46,959 nucleotides of DNA. It comes from Candidatus Thorarchaeota archaeon. Lineage in GTDB: Archaea > Asgardarchaeota > Thorarchaeia > Thorarchaeales > Thorarchaeaceae. Below are positions 1 through 9,544 of the stretch, one piece after another. Within the stretch, counting starts at the first letter, position 1. Each line of letters starts with the position of its first letter. The position numbers and the translations under genes are program-made. Location: the NCBI GenBank assembly GCA_004524445.1, contig SDNP01000025.1:1-46959 (forward strand), in the 5' to 3' direction. Below the pieces are notes generated by a model. It saw only the letters and a list, made by a program, of their open reading frames with translations, had not been told where the DNA came from and searched no databases.

Positions 1-41
1 ATATTTGCGTTGATAATGACCAAGTCCGCTTGTAGCTCCAT
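1..41 (-). CDS. 5' end of a gene running off the left edge, possibly an amidohydrolase-family protein
   Basis: Reverse strand ATG at 41 reads MELQADLVIINAN..., resembling the 'ADLVIxNanI' N-terminus of metal-dependent amidohydrolases; GGTGTGA upstream. Only 13 codons visible. Confidence 0.4.
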   Translation of the reverse strand, partial: MELQADLVIINAN

Positions 42-127
42 TGAAACGCATCACACCCATACTCTGATGCACAGGACATGCATATGATTCTTCCTTCTAT
101 TGGTCCAGAGATGTATTGCAGCTTCTG

Positions 128-772
128 CTATTTCTTAGCTTTCTTCCAATCAGCCAAGAATCTTTCAATGCCAACGTCGGTGAGGGGATGGTTCACCATT
201 TTTTCTAACACTGACGGTGGGATGGTGGCTATGTCGGCACCAATATATGCTGCCTCCAGAACGTGCATCGGATGACGGATGCTAGCGACAATAACCTCAG
301 TTTCGTATCCATAATTCATGTATATTTGTACAATCTCATCAACAAGTTGCATACCGGTCTTACCTACATCATCAAGTCTACCTATAAACGGTGAAATGAA
401 CGATGCCCCTGCCTTTGCTGCAAGAAGTGCTTGATTCGCACTAAAACAGAGGGTGACATTTGTGTGGATATCTTCCTCTGATAAGACCTTCACAGCCTTG
501 AGTCCCTCCCATGTCATTGGAATTTTGATAGCTGCATTATCGATCCAGCCATTCAGTTCGCGGGCTTCTTCTATCATTCCTTGAGCATCTTCGCTCACAA
601 CTTCAAGACTGATAGGGCCATCAACAAAAGAAGCGATTTCATCTATAATCTCTCTGAAGTTACGACCTTCCTTAGCCACAAGACTCGGATTTGTGGTCAC
701 TCCATCCACCATTCCTCTCTCGTGGGCTTTTCGTATTGCATCTACGTTTGCGGTATCAATGAAGAATTTCAT
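128..772 (-). CDS. tal: Transaldolase / fructose-6-phosphate aldolase family (short TalC type)
   Basis: [16 protein letters not shown], Schiff-base [26 protein letters not shown] motifs; 214 aa. Confidence 0.93.
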   Translation of the reverse strand: MKFFIDTANVDAIRKAHERGMVDGVTTNPSLVAKEGRNFREIIDEIASFVDGPISLEVVSEDAQGMIEEARELNGWIDNAAIKIPMTWEGLKAVKVLSEEDIHTNVTLCFSANQALLAAKAGASFISPFIGRLDDVGKTGMQLVDEIVQIYMNYGYETEVIVASIRHPMHVLEAAYIGADIATIPPSVLEKMVNHPLTDVGIERFLADWKKAKK

Positions 773-868
773 CGGGGTATTCGCTCCTGATATTCTATCT
801 ACAATAAATCGCAGGTATGAATATATCTTGCTGTCTGTTTAACCAACACTAATTCTGCAAAAAAAGAA

Positions 869-1528
869 TCAATCTTCTAATTCGTTTTTCAGGTCCTGCG
901 TTGCAGCGGTGATATCATCTGCCTTAAAGACGGCTGACCCCGCAATGAAGAAATCGGCTCCTGCTCGATATAATTCAGCAATGTTTGATTTCTTGACTCC
1001 GCCATCGATAGCAATCCGGACACTCGGTTTCAGCTCATCAAGAAGAGATCTGAGTTTCGTCAGTTTTGGGGTGGTAGAAGCAATGAATTTCTGCCCACCA
1101 AAGCCAGGGCAGACACTCATAATCAGAACTGACTCAATGACATCAATGAGGGGTTCCACCCATTCAACTGGTGTTCCCGGATTCAAAGTTATGCCTGCTT
1201 TTCCTCCAAGATCATTAATCAGCTGAACTGTGCGGAATACATCATAATCCGCCTCAATATGGGGATAGAGAATTTCCACGCCCGCATCAATGAAGTCGGG
1301 GATATACTTCCGAGGATTCGCAACCATAAGATGCGCATCAAGCGGCAATTTAGTGATCCGGTTCATAGTTTCTGCTATTATTGGGCCATAGGTAATATTT
1401 GGGACAAAAATGCCATCCATGATGTCCAGATGAAAATAGTCTGCTCCCCCTTTTTCTGCGGCGCGGATATCCTTCTCAAGATGTGCGAAATCAGCGGATA
1501 GAATCGAAGGTGAGAGTAGTGGTTCCAT
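869..1528 (-). CDS. rpe: Ribulose-phosphate 3-epimerase
   Basis: SPSILSADF, HLDIMDGxFVPNIT, DAHLMV, MSVxPGFGGQ, IDGGV; likely ATG start at 1528 (track ORF begins 1558). Confidence 0.95.
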   Translation of the reverse strand: MEPLLSPSILSADFAHLEKDIRAAEKGGADYFHLDIMDGIFVPNITYGPIIAETMNRITKLPLDAHLMVANPRKYIPDFIDAGVEILYPHIEADYDVFRTVQLINDLGGKAGITLNPGTPVEWVEPLIDVIESVLIMSVCPGFGGQKFIASTTPKLTKLRSLLDELKPSVRIAIDGGVKKSNIAELYRAGADFFIAGSAVFKADDITAATQDLKNELED

Positions 1529-1628
1529 TTTCCCATCTCCCAAATAGGGGGTCAGCACCCTCGATTGTGTTATCCGATGTATTTAAGCTTCACCTAGCAT
1601 CTTCTTCGCTATTTGTGTCGCTGTTGAA

Positions 1629-4232
1629 TCATTCTCTTCTCCGTTTGAGTTCTTCTTGAATCTCCCTGAGAAAGAGAAGAGCATCCATTGGTGTCGTTCT
1701 TTCAAGGTCCATGATTTTGATTTTTTCCAATAGCGGATCATCGACTGTCAGTGGCTCAAGACTAGTTTGCATCACTTCGGTGCTATCAATATCTTCCTCA
1801 GTTATGGCAACTCGATTGTCATTCTCCAATTTTTGTAACATTTTCCTAGCTCGAATTACAACGTTTTCAGGTACCCCCGCCAAAGAAGCTACATGAACGC
1901 CATAGCTCTTATCGGTTCCCCCTTCGACCACCTTATAGAGAAACACAATAGACTCTCCTGATTCCTTCGCAAGGGTATGGACATTCTTCACTCCATGGTA
2001 GGTTTCTGCCATGTCCGTTAGCTGATGATAATGGGTGGCAAAGAGTGTACGAGTCTTCATTTTTACTACCTCCTCTGCCACTGCCCATGCCAAAGCCATT
2101 CCATCAAAGGTAGAAGTACCCCTGCCAATTTCGTCCAAGATTACAAGCGATTTGTCTGTGGCATTGTTTAGGATGTTTGCAGTTTCAACCATCTCCACCA
2201 TGAATGTTGACTGCTTACCGGTTAGATCATCAAAAGCACCCACTCTCGTAAAAATCCTGTCAACGATACCGATCTCTGCATTCCTTGCAGGAACAAACGA
2301 CCCCATTTGAGCCATCAATACAATAAGCGCAGACTGGCGCATGTAAGTACTCTTACCCCCCATATTTGGTCCTGTCACGATTAGAAGCGTTGTTCCTCCC
2401 TGACCAATTTCCAAATTGTTTGGAACAAAGTCATTTTGCCCAAGAACCATCTCCATTGCTGGATGTCTGCCATCGGTTATCTTAATCTTGGTTGATTCAG
2501 AAAAGATTGGTCTACAATACTGTCTTTTCACAGCAGTTTCTGCCAAACAATACAGGACATCTAAAACGGCAATGGCTTCTGTATTCTTTCTTAATGTGTC
2601 GAGATTTTCTTTGACTTGCTCGCGCAGTTGCTGATATATCTCATATTCGAGGTCATGAATCCGTTCTTCTCCCGAAAGAACGGCAGCCTCTTTTTCTTTT
2701 AGCTCGGGAATAATGTATCTTTCCGCATTTGTGAGTGTTTGCTTTCTCTCATAATCGGTGGGTACGGATTCAATATTTGACTTGGTTACTTCAATATAGT
2801 ATCCAAACACCTTGTTGTATCCGACTTTCAGAGATCTTATTCCTGTTCGTCTTCTCTCCTTAGCCTGCAATGATGCAATCCATTTCTTATCACTTGATAT
2901 CGAGTTCCGTAACCTGTCCAAGTCGTCGTTGAAGCCGTCGCGGATCATTCCTCCTTCTCCAACTTTAACTGGCGGGTTGTCAATCAAGGCTGCTTTCAGG
3001 GTTTCTGCTAAGTCAGTTAGAGGGTCGATACTATTCAGGGAACTAACCAACATGTCGGATTCAAGATCATCTAGACCCTCTATGATCTTCGGAATATTCA
3101 AGAGCGCATCTCGAAGCTGAACAAGGTCTCGAGCTCCCCCAGTACCAAAGACAACCCGACTTGTTATCCTCTCCAAGTCACCCACCTCTCGGAGATTCTT
3201 GTAGACTTCTGACCTATGCATGGCATTTCTCGCCAGTTCTTCTACTGAATCAAGGCGTCTGCCAATGGCTCCGATATCCTGTAGGGGCTGCAGAAGCCAA
3301 GATTTGAGCTTCCTTTTACCCATCGGGGTTGCATTTTTGGAAAAGACCTCAAGAAGAGTGCCTCTTGTGGTATTCTCACGTGCATTGCGTATGAGTTCAA
3401 GATTTCTCTGAGTTGTGGCATCAAGAATGAGATAATCATCCAGACTATAAGTTCTTAGACCAGAAATTGTCACTGCATTCATCTTATGTACATCATGCAG
3501 GTACTCCAAGACGGCGCCACAGGCTCCTACTGCGATTCTCTTTTCTCCCAATCCAAACCCATCTAATGTGGAAACGCCAAATTGATCCTTGATGAGCTTC
3601 TCTGCCCTCCTGGCAGAAAAATCAGTGGAGGGCCTTAAGGTTATCCTTGCACCTATCTCAGTCAGGGCTTCTCTAATCTTCCGATTCTTTGAGGCAGCTT
3701 CAGGAAGTAATACTTCTGCGGGACCAATCCGGGCAATCTCACTCAAGACTTTTTCATCGTAGATGGTTCCTTGGGTTTCCGTGGCTATGAAATTGCCAGT
3801 CGAAACATCAACTGCCGCAATGCCTATCTTCTCATCATGTTCAATCAATGCTGCAAGATAGTTATTTGATTCTGGATCCAACATATTTGACTCAAGAATT
3901 GTCCCTGGAGTTACAACGCGTACAACATCCCTTTTGACCAAGCCTTTGGCCTGTGAGGCATCTTCCACTTGGTCTGCAATGGCAACAGTTTCACCAGCTT
4001 CAAGCAGCTTCGCGACATATCCATCGACAGAGTGATACGGAACTCCACACATGGGCCATTTGTCGACTCCTTCCCCCCTTGCTGTTAGAACTATATCAAG
4101 AACCTGACTTGCCTTCTTTGCATCTTCGTTGAACATCTCATAGAAGTCGCCTAACCTAAATAGAAGAACACAATCGGGATATTGGCGTTTCAGCTGCAAG
4201 TACTGTCGCTGCATAGGCGTATGCTTTCTCAT
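1629..4232 (-). CDS. mutS: DNA mismatch repair protein MutS (MutS1 type)
   Basis: TPMQRQY, mismatch-binding GDFYEMF, Walker A GPNMGGKST, STFMVEM, Walker B LDEIGRGT, ATHYH, SYGVHVA; 867 aa. Confidence 0.97.
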   Translation of the reverse strand: MRKHTPMQRQYLQLKRQYPDCVLLFRLGDFYEMFNEDAKKASQVLDIVLTARGEGVDKWPMCGVPYHSVDGYVAKLLEAGETVAIADQVEDASQAKGLVKRDVVRVVTPGTILESNMLDPESNNYLAALIEHDEKIGIAAVDVSTGNFIATETQGTIYDEKVLSEIARIGPAEVLLPEAASKNRKIREALTEIGARITLRPSTDFSARRAEKLIKDQFGVSTLDGFGLGEKRIAVGACGAVLEYLHDVHKMNAVTISGLRTYSLDDYLILDATTQRNLELIRNARENTTRGTLLEVFSKNATPMGKRKLKSWLLQPLQDIGAIGRRLDSVEELARNAMHRSEVYKNLREVGDLERITSRVVFGTGGARDLVQLRDALLNIPKIIEGLDDLESDMLVSSLNSIDPLTDLAETLKAALIDNPPVKVGEGGMIRDGFNDDLDRLRNSISSDKKWIASLQAKERRRTGIRSLKVGYNKVFGYYIEVTKSNIESVPTDYERKQTLTNAERYIIPELKEKEAAVLSGEERIHDLEYEIYQQLREQVKENLDTLRKNTEAIAVLDVLYCLAETAVKRQYCRPIFSESTKIKITDGRHPAMEMVLGQNDFVPNNLEIGQGGTTLLIVTGPNMGGKSTYMRQSALIVLMAQMGSFVPARNAEIGIVDRIFTRVGAFDDLTGKQSTFMVEMVETANILNNATDKSLVILDEIGRGTSTFDGMALAWAVAEEVVKMKTRTLFATHYHQLTDMAETYHGVKNVHTLAKESGESIVFLYKVVEGGTDKSYGVHVASLAGVPENVVIRARKMLQKLENDNRVAITEEDIDSTEVMQTSLEPLTVDDPLLEKIKIMDLERTTPMDALLFLREIQEELKRRRE

Positions 4233-4345
4233 TCAGACTCACTACAGGAAACCCTAGACCATTTTGAATAATATAATCGCATCGATAGATAGTATATTCA
4301 AGCGACAGCAGATTCTAATATTTAGCTTAAGTACTACTTATCCGC

Positions 4346-5023
4346 CTATATGATCGGTTCCAATCCAGTCAAGAATGATATTACTACCAGAATTCCTATT
4401 GTTAATAATCCAGCAAAAATTGTCTTGATGGTATATTTTGCAATGCTGACTCCAGTCATCCGACCTAAGTATATGCCCAAAATAAAGAGCAGACCAAATC
4501 CCATGCCAATTGCAGCAACGAATGATTGCCAATAACCTATCATACCAAAAAGTGCAAGTATCATGGGCAATACGGTTATGAGAATGGACCCGGCTGGGGT
4601 TGCTCCGTTCACAAACGAAACAAGGAGTGTCGTTTCTTTTTCTGCCCTCAGAATATATGAGTGCGTTAGTCTCACTTCTCCGGCATTTTCCATTTCGTTT
4701 ACGAGATGTTCGCCTTCTGCTGACTCGGTTAAGTATGTTGCTCCAAAGCCCGCAATAAAATGTGCAACACCAGCTCCAAATGCAGCGAGTAGCGTGGTTT
4801 CGAATATAAGAGAAATCTCCTGGAAATGAATCGCGATAAACCCGCCTGTAATGATTCCTAGTACGGGCAGAACTCCGTTGAACACATCTATTGCGATATG
4901 GCGCTTCACAATCTCCATCCGATGAGTTACTCTGAGTTCCTCTTGTAGCCGGTTAATTATGGGGGCTTTTTTGCCTGCGTCATGTGCAAAGTTATCTTCT
5001 TCGGTATCGGGTTCCATTCGCAA
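4346..5023 (-). CDS. VIT1/CCC1-family membrane protein (paralogue 2)
   Basis: About 5 TM segments; RHIAIDVFNGVLPVLG and YLTESAE echo the archaeal VIT1-like 'RRYxxxNxFDG...YLxExAE' pattern. Confidence 0.7.
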   Translation of the reverse strand: MRMEPDTEEDNFAHDAGKKAPIINRLQEELRVTHRMEIVKRHIAIDVFNGVLPVLGIITGGFIAIHFQEISLIFETTLLAAFGAGVAHFIAGFGATYLTESAEGEHLVNEMENAGEVRLTHSYILRAEKETTLLVSFVNGATPAGSILITVLPMILALFGMIGYWQSFVAAIGMGFGLLFILGIYLGRMTGVSIAKYTIKTIFAGLLTIGILVVISFLTGLEPII

Positions 5024-5077
5024 TCCCTCTTCCTGTTGTTGCTTCTGCTTGTGAATTGTACCAAATGTGTTCTATCT

Positions 5078-5740
5078 TCACGCTCCGGTCAGTAAGGATA
5101 TCACCCACATGAGAACGACTACAATTAACCCTGCGGCTAGGGTCTTAAGACCGTAAGAGATGATACTCTCTCTTGAAACACTACCTAGAAAGACTCCGAG
5201 TATGAACAAAAGCACTAGGCCCGCAACGACGCAATAAATGAAGGCAACAAATACAGATGCAATCCCAAGGGGAACGAGAACAAGAGGTGCTATAGTTGCT
5301 ATAACAGATAATGTTGGTGAGAGACCGTTAATCAAAGAAACTACTATTGTTGTGGTTCGTGTTGCCTTTGCATAGGCAGATTTACTCAAATCCGACAGCA
5401 TAGAATACTCCAACGCCTTGAATTCACGCTTCCTTTCAGCTTGCTCAGTCAGATAGGAAGAAGAAATGCCTGACACAAACATAGCAAGACCGGTCCCGAT
5501 TGCTGCCAATAATGTGGTGGTGTAGACAGCTTCTGGCGGTGAATTTGCTAGAGATATGATCCCACCAAGCACAATACCTATGACCGGAAGAACACCATCA
5601 AAACTGTTCATAGCCAGATAGCGGCGCGCGATTTCAACGCCTCCAACGAATTCAAGTTGGGTAGTTATCCTGTCAATGAAGTTGACTTTTCCATCCTCGT
5701 CATAGTCGAATATACCCTCATGATTCTCATCTTCTGTCAC
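5078..5740 (-). CDS. VIT1/CCC1-family membrane protein (paralogue 1)
   Basis: ARRYLAMNSFDGVL, SSYLTEQAERKRE, hydrophobic C-terminal helices. Confidence 0.78.
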   Translation of the reverse strand: MTEDENHEGIFDYDEDGKVNFIDRITTQLEFVGGVEIARRYLAMNSFDGVLPVIGIVLGGIISLANSPPEAVYTTTLLAAIGTGLAMFVSGISSSYLTEQAERKREFKALEYSMLSDLSKSAYAKATRTTTIVVSLINGLSPTLSVIATIAPLVLVPLGIASVFVAFIYCVVAGLVLLFILGVFLGSVSRESIISYGLKTLAAGLIVVVLMWVISLLTGA

Positions 5741-5880
5741 TCAGATTCCTCGCCTGTGCAATTGAGAAGGTACATATCAATGATTTCTAATGGCATTCTC
5801 TATATATGTTTCTCATTAACCGACTGGTTTTTCATGGCAAATCGACTATTGCCAAACCACCATGTCTGTGAGGTTGCATC

Positions 5881-7092
5881 TTGGGAGATATTCAACGGTA
5901 CGATGTCATAATCATTGGTGCTGGACCTGCGGGATCATCAACTGCAAGAGTGATTGCTAGAAGGGGCTATAGGACGCTCCTAGTTGAACGAAAATCAAGA
6001 GTTGGTATTCCTGTTCTTTGTGGAGAATTCCTTCCTACAGTAGAGGAATTGCGGGATATTCTTCCCCACTCGAGTAGGATTGACAGAATCTGCAATATCA
6101 GTAATTCCGTAGTGTTGAATCGATGCAACCACATTGTGTTAGTATCACCCTCTGGTGATGAATTTGATATTCCGATGAGAGCAATAGTTATTGACCGCGC
6201 TGCTTTTGACCAGCATTTGGCGGAGCAAGCTCTCAAGGCGGGAGCTATCCTTCTCACAGGAACAAAACTCAAAGATAGGGTTTCTAAGAATCAAGTCCGA
6301 TTAATTTCAGGCAGTGGGACTAGGATAGTTGAATGCGCTGTTCTCGTCGGTGCAGATGGTCCATTATCTACAGTAGCACGCTGTGTACCAGGACTGAGTC
6401 AGCAGGAAACGAATGACCTGAGTATATCAATACAGTATACTATTGAAGCAACTGGATTTGACTCTGACAGAGTCTTCATGTTTTTTGGTAATATAGCTCC
6501 TGGCGGATATGCATGGATTATTCCTAGAGGTCATACTGAAGCCAACGTAGGACTAGGATTGAGACCTTCTTATGCAACCCCCAGAAGATCTCTGAGGAAC
6601 TATCTGCATTCCTTTATTCATCACTACCTGATCGAAAAGCTAGGAATTCGGAATATCAGAATCAAGAGAAGGATTAGTGGATTTATTCCGGTAAATGGCC
6701 CAGTTCAAAGCACGGTAACTGCCACTGCTTTACTTGTGGGCGATGCCGCATCTCATGTTATGCCCACGAATGGAGGCGGAATTCCAACTGCTCTGATTGG
6801 CGGAAACATTGCGGGTAAAGCGATAGTAGACTATCTTAAATCAGGTTCAAAATTGAGCAATTATGAGGAAATGTGGCGTAGAGAATTTGGCAATGAGCTG
6901 ATTACGGGTGCCTCTCTTCTTTCAGTGGCCAGCATCCCCATGCTGAGCGATGCGGTTACGGAGTGGGCCATGAGGTGTTTTGGAAGACGCATGCTTAATG
7001 ATGTCATCCGTTGCAGAGTGCCATATCCATTTCAAGAACTGAGTACGCCCCTCAATTTGATGACAGGTCAATTACACCGTTTTCTTCGATGA
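5881..7092 (+). CDS. Geranylgeranyl reductase family FAD-dependent oxidoreductase
   Basis: GAGPAGS, CGE, DRxxFD, GADG, GGYAWIIP, LLVGDAA...PTNGGGI. Confidence 0.9.
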   Translation: MGDIQRYDVIIIGAGPAGSSTARVIARRGYRTLLVERKSRVGIPVLCGEFLPTVEELRDILPHSSRIDRICNISNSVVLNRCNHIVLVSPSGDEFDIPMRAIVIDRAAFDQHLAEQALKAGAILLTGTKLKDRVSKNQVRLISGSGTRIVECAVLVGADGPLSTVARCVPGLSQQETNDLSISIQYTIEATGFDSDRVFMFFGNIAPGGYAWIIPRGHTEANVGLGLRPSYATPRRSLRNYLHSFIHHYLIEKLGIRNIRIKRRISGFIPVNGPVQSTVTATALLVGDAASHVMPTNGGGIPTALIGGNIAGKAIVDYLKSGSKLSNYEEMWRREFGNELITGASLLSVASIPMLSDAVTEWAMRCFGRRMLNDVIRCRVPYPFQELSTPLNLMTGQLHRFLR

Positions 7093-7120
7093 CTGCATCA
7101 AGCAGCATGTTGTACCATGC

Positions 7121-8182
7121 CTAGAATTTGCGACGGACCGCAAAATCTGCCAGGTCAGCAAATAGCTCCTTGTTTGGGAAATTCATGTCTTCTATTGCTG
7201 CCTTTGATGCTCTAGCATATTCCTTTGCCTTTTCAGTTGCCCGGGCTATGGCCCCAGAATCTTCAATCAGTTCGAGCACCAAGGAGTAGTTTCCCATGGT
7301 AATCTCATCAACACATTCCTCTTTTACCTCTGACTCACACGCTTCTAATGCATATATCAGAACAAGATTACTACTTCCAGCCTGAAGGTCAGTTAGAACT
7401 GACTTTCCTGAAACTCTTGGATCCGATGTAAAATCTAGTACATCATCGCGAATCTGGAAGGCATATCCTAAATTCTCTGCATATTCAATCAAACATGCGA
7501 CTTCTTTTTTGCTAGATTTGCCCATGGCTGACCCGATATTTACTGCCTCTATCATGAAGGAAGCAGTCTTTCTTTCCGCGACTTCAAGGTATTCTTCTTC
7601 GCTGAAAGAAAGAAGCTCATTAATATTCATAACTGAGTCCTGAGCTTCACCTTCGCACATGGCAATACCTGTCCTTCCAATTTGCTCAATTAGCTCAGGA
7701 GTTCCCCATTTTCCCATGATCTCAAAAGCTTGTGAGATCAACAAATCAGATGCCAAGATTGCCATTTTTTCGCCGAATTTCTTATGAACTGTCGTTACTC
7801 CTCTACGAATTTCTGTGTTGTCAATTATATCATCATGGATTAGACTTGCCGTCTGAAGGAGTTCAGCGGCGACGGTAATCGGCAGTATTCTTTGCAGATT
7901 CCCATTCACTGCCTCGCACGCCAAGTAGGTCAAGAGAGACCTCAATCTTTTTCCACCTGCTCTAACAAGGTAATATGCCGCATCATAAAGCGCCGCAGGT
8001 GTACCTGTGTTCTTTGATGTGAATTTAGCAACTTCATTATCGATGAGATTCAGTCGGTTCCTAATCGCAAGTCCAAGAGGTAGGAAAGAGGTTCGCTCAC
8101 TGTATTGAACATCCTCTGATATCGATTGTTTCTCCGAATTTGTAAAAGACAAGCGATGCTCGTCAGTAGAGCCTTCCTTCAA
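7121..8182 (-). CDS. Polyprenyl diphosphate synthase (probably medium/long chain)
   Basis: GGKRLR, FARM ASLIHDDIID..RRG, KTA, SARM FQIRDDVLD; Ala/Ser at positions -5/-4 of the FARM. Confidence 0.92.
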   Translation of the reverse strand: MKEGSTDEHRLSFTNSEKQSISEDVQYSERTSFLPLGLAIRNRLNLIDNEVAKFTSKNTGTPAALYDAAYYLVRAGGKRLRSLLTYLACEAVNGNLQRILPITVAAELLQTASLIHDDIIDNTEIRRGVTTVHKKFGEKMAILASDLLISQAFEIMGKWGTPELIEQIGRTGIAMCEGEAQDSVMNINELLSFSEEEYLEVAERKTASFMIEAVNIGSAMGKSSKKEVACLIEYAENLGYAFQIRDDVLDFTSDPRVSGKSVLTDLQAGSSNLVLIYALEACESEVKEECVDEITMGNYSLVLELIEDSGAIARATEKAKEYARASKAAIEDMNFPNKELFADLADFAVRRKF

Positions 8183-8397
8183 TTCCTAATCCTTCCTAAG
8201 GACAGCTTGCCCGTTGGCGTCTGGTAGCTATTATACATTCCGTAAATGGCAGCATTTTTTCTGTCAGTCACGCCTGTTCTGATTCATTCAGTATTGGAAT
8301 TGGACAACTTCAGGAAGGTTTTTACTAGCTATTATTTTGAGCTTTGTTGCATTAATGATACACCATTCGTATAAATTTGGGAAGAGAGTGTACAAAT

Positions 8398-9441
8398 ATG
8401 ACGGGTAAGGCGGTTGACGTAAGGAGCAAGATACTGGCTTGGAAAGCTCAATTGCGGGCACCTTTTCTCACTGCATCTGGATTGCCCATTATACTTGGTA
8501 CCTCTGTTGCACTTGCGCTTCATGGAATTGTACTTTGGGATGTTTTTTTCCTCGCCATTGTTGCTGGACTATGTCTTCATTTGGGTGCCAATTCTACCAA
8601 TGACTACTTCGACCACACGGAGGAAGGTTCTGGGTCTGATGACATCAACGTGAATCTCGTTAGGCCATTCACTGGGGGTAGCAGAATGCTTCAGAAGGGC
8701 GTCCTTCTACCAAAAGAAGTTCTTGCTGGTTCTCTGTTGTTTTTCATGGTAGGCTCCCTAATTGGACTATATCTTGTTTATAGTCGGGGTCTCTTCATTC
8801 TCGTTTTGGGGCTCATTGGAGCAGGTTCTGGGTTCTTCTATTCAGCCCCACCCTTCCGATTTGTCAATCGGGGGATTGGTGAGCTAGTAATCGGGCTTAA
8901 TTTTGGCGTATTAACCACTTTTGGAGGGTACTACGTCCAAACACTCGATTTCAATCCTGAACCCATCTTTGCTTCAATACCTCTTGCGACTCTAATTGCT
9001 GGAATTCTATTCATCAACGAATTTCCAGACTATAATGCAGACAAGGGTGCGGGCAAGAGGACCCTCGTTGTACGGCTTGGACGGAAGAAGGCGTCACGAT
9101 TTTATGCAATCCTGATGGTCTTTTTATACACCTATACGCTCATCGCTGGATTTCTTCAGCTCATCTCTATCACATCATTGATTACATTTTCCACACTGCC
9201 TATCGCAGTATTCGCTACACGACACACTCTTCAAAATTATGAATCTCCTCAGGATATATCCCCGGCCAATGCGTCCGCAGTCGTTCTCCATTTGCTTTTC
9301 GGGATAGGATTGAGTATCGCTTATGTTCTGGATTATTTTAGACTTGGTTTCTTGTGGATTATGTTATTCTCTGTAGTATTCCTATTGTCAAGTTCCATTT
9401 TCGTATGGTGCATCAGCAAGTCCAATCATAACACGGGGTGA
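8398..9441 (+). CDS. menA: 1,4-dihydroxy-2-naphthoate prenyltransferase (MenA/UbiA family)
   Basis: LRAPFL, NSTNDYFD, GGSR, YSAPP, GIGE, NEFPDYNADKGAGKRTL; multiple TMs; ATG at 8398. Confidence 0.85.
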   Translation: MTGKAVDVRSKILAWKAQLRAPFLTASGLPIILGTSVALALHGIVLWDVFFLAIVAGLCLHLGANSTNDYFDHTEEGSGSDDINVNLVRPFTGGSRMLQKGVLLPKEVLAGSLLFFMVGSLIGLYLVYSRGLFILVLGLIGAGSGFFYSAPPFRFVNRGIGELVIGLNFGVLTTFGGYYVQTLDFNPEPIFASIPLATLIAGILFINEFPDYNADKGAGKRTLVVRLGRKKASRFYAILMVFLYTYTLIAGFLQLISITSLITFSTLPIAVFATRHTLQNYESPQDISPANASAVVLHLLFGIGLSIAYVLDYFRLGFLWIMLFSVVFLLSSSIFVWCISKSNHNTG

Positions 9442-9544
9442 CTTCAGAAATCTATGAATCCAAATCAGTACGGATGAACAACAAATATGTTTTAAACAAT
9501 GAGGCAATTTGCTTCTATCGCGTCCACTAAGAGGAGGCCCCATT

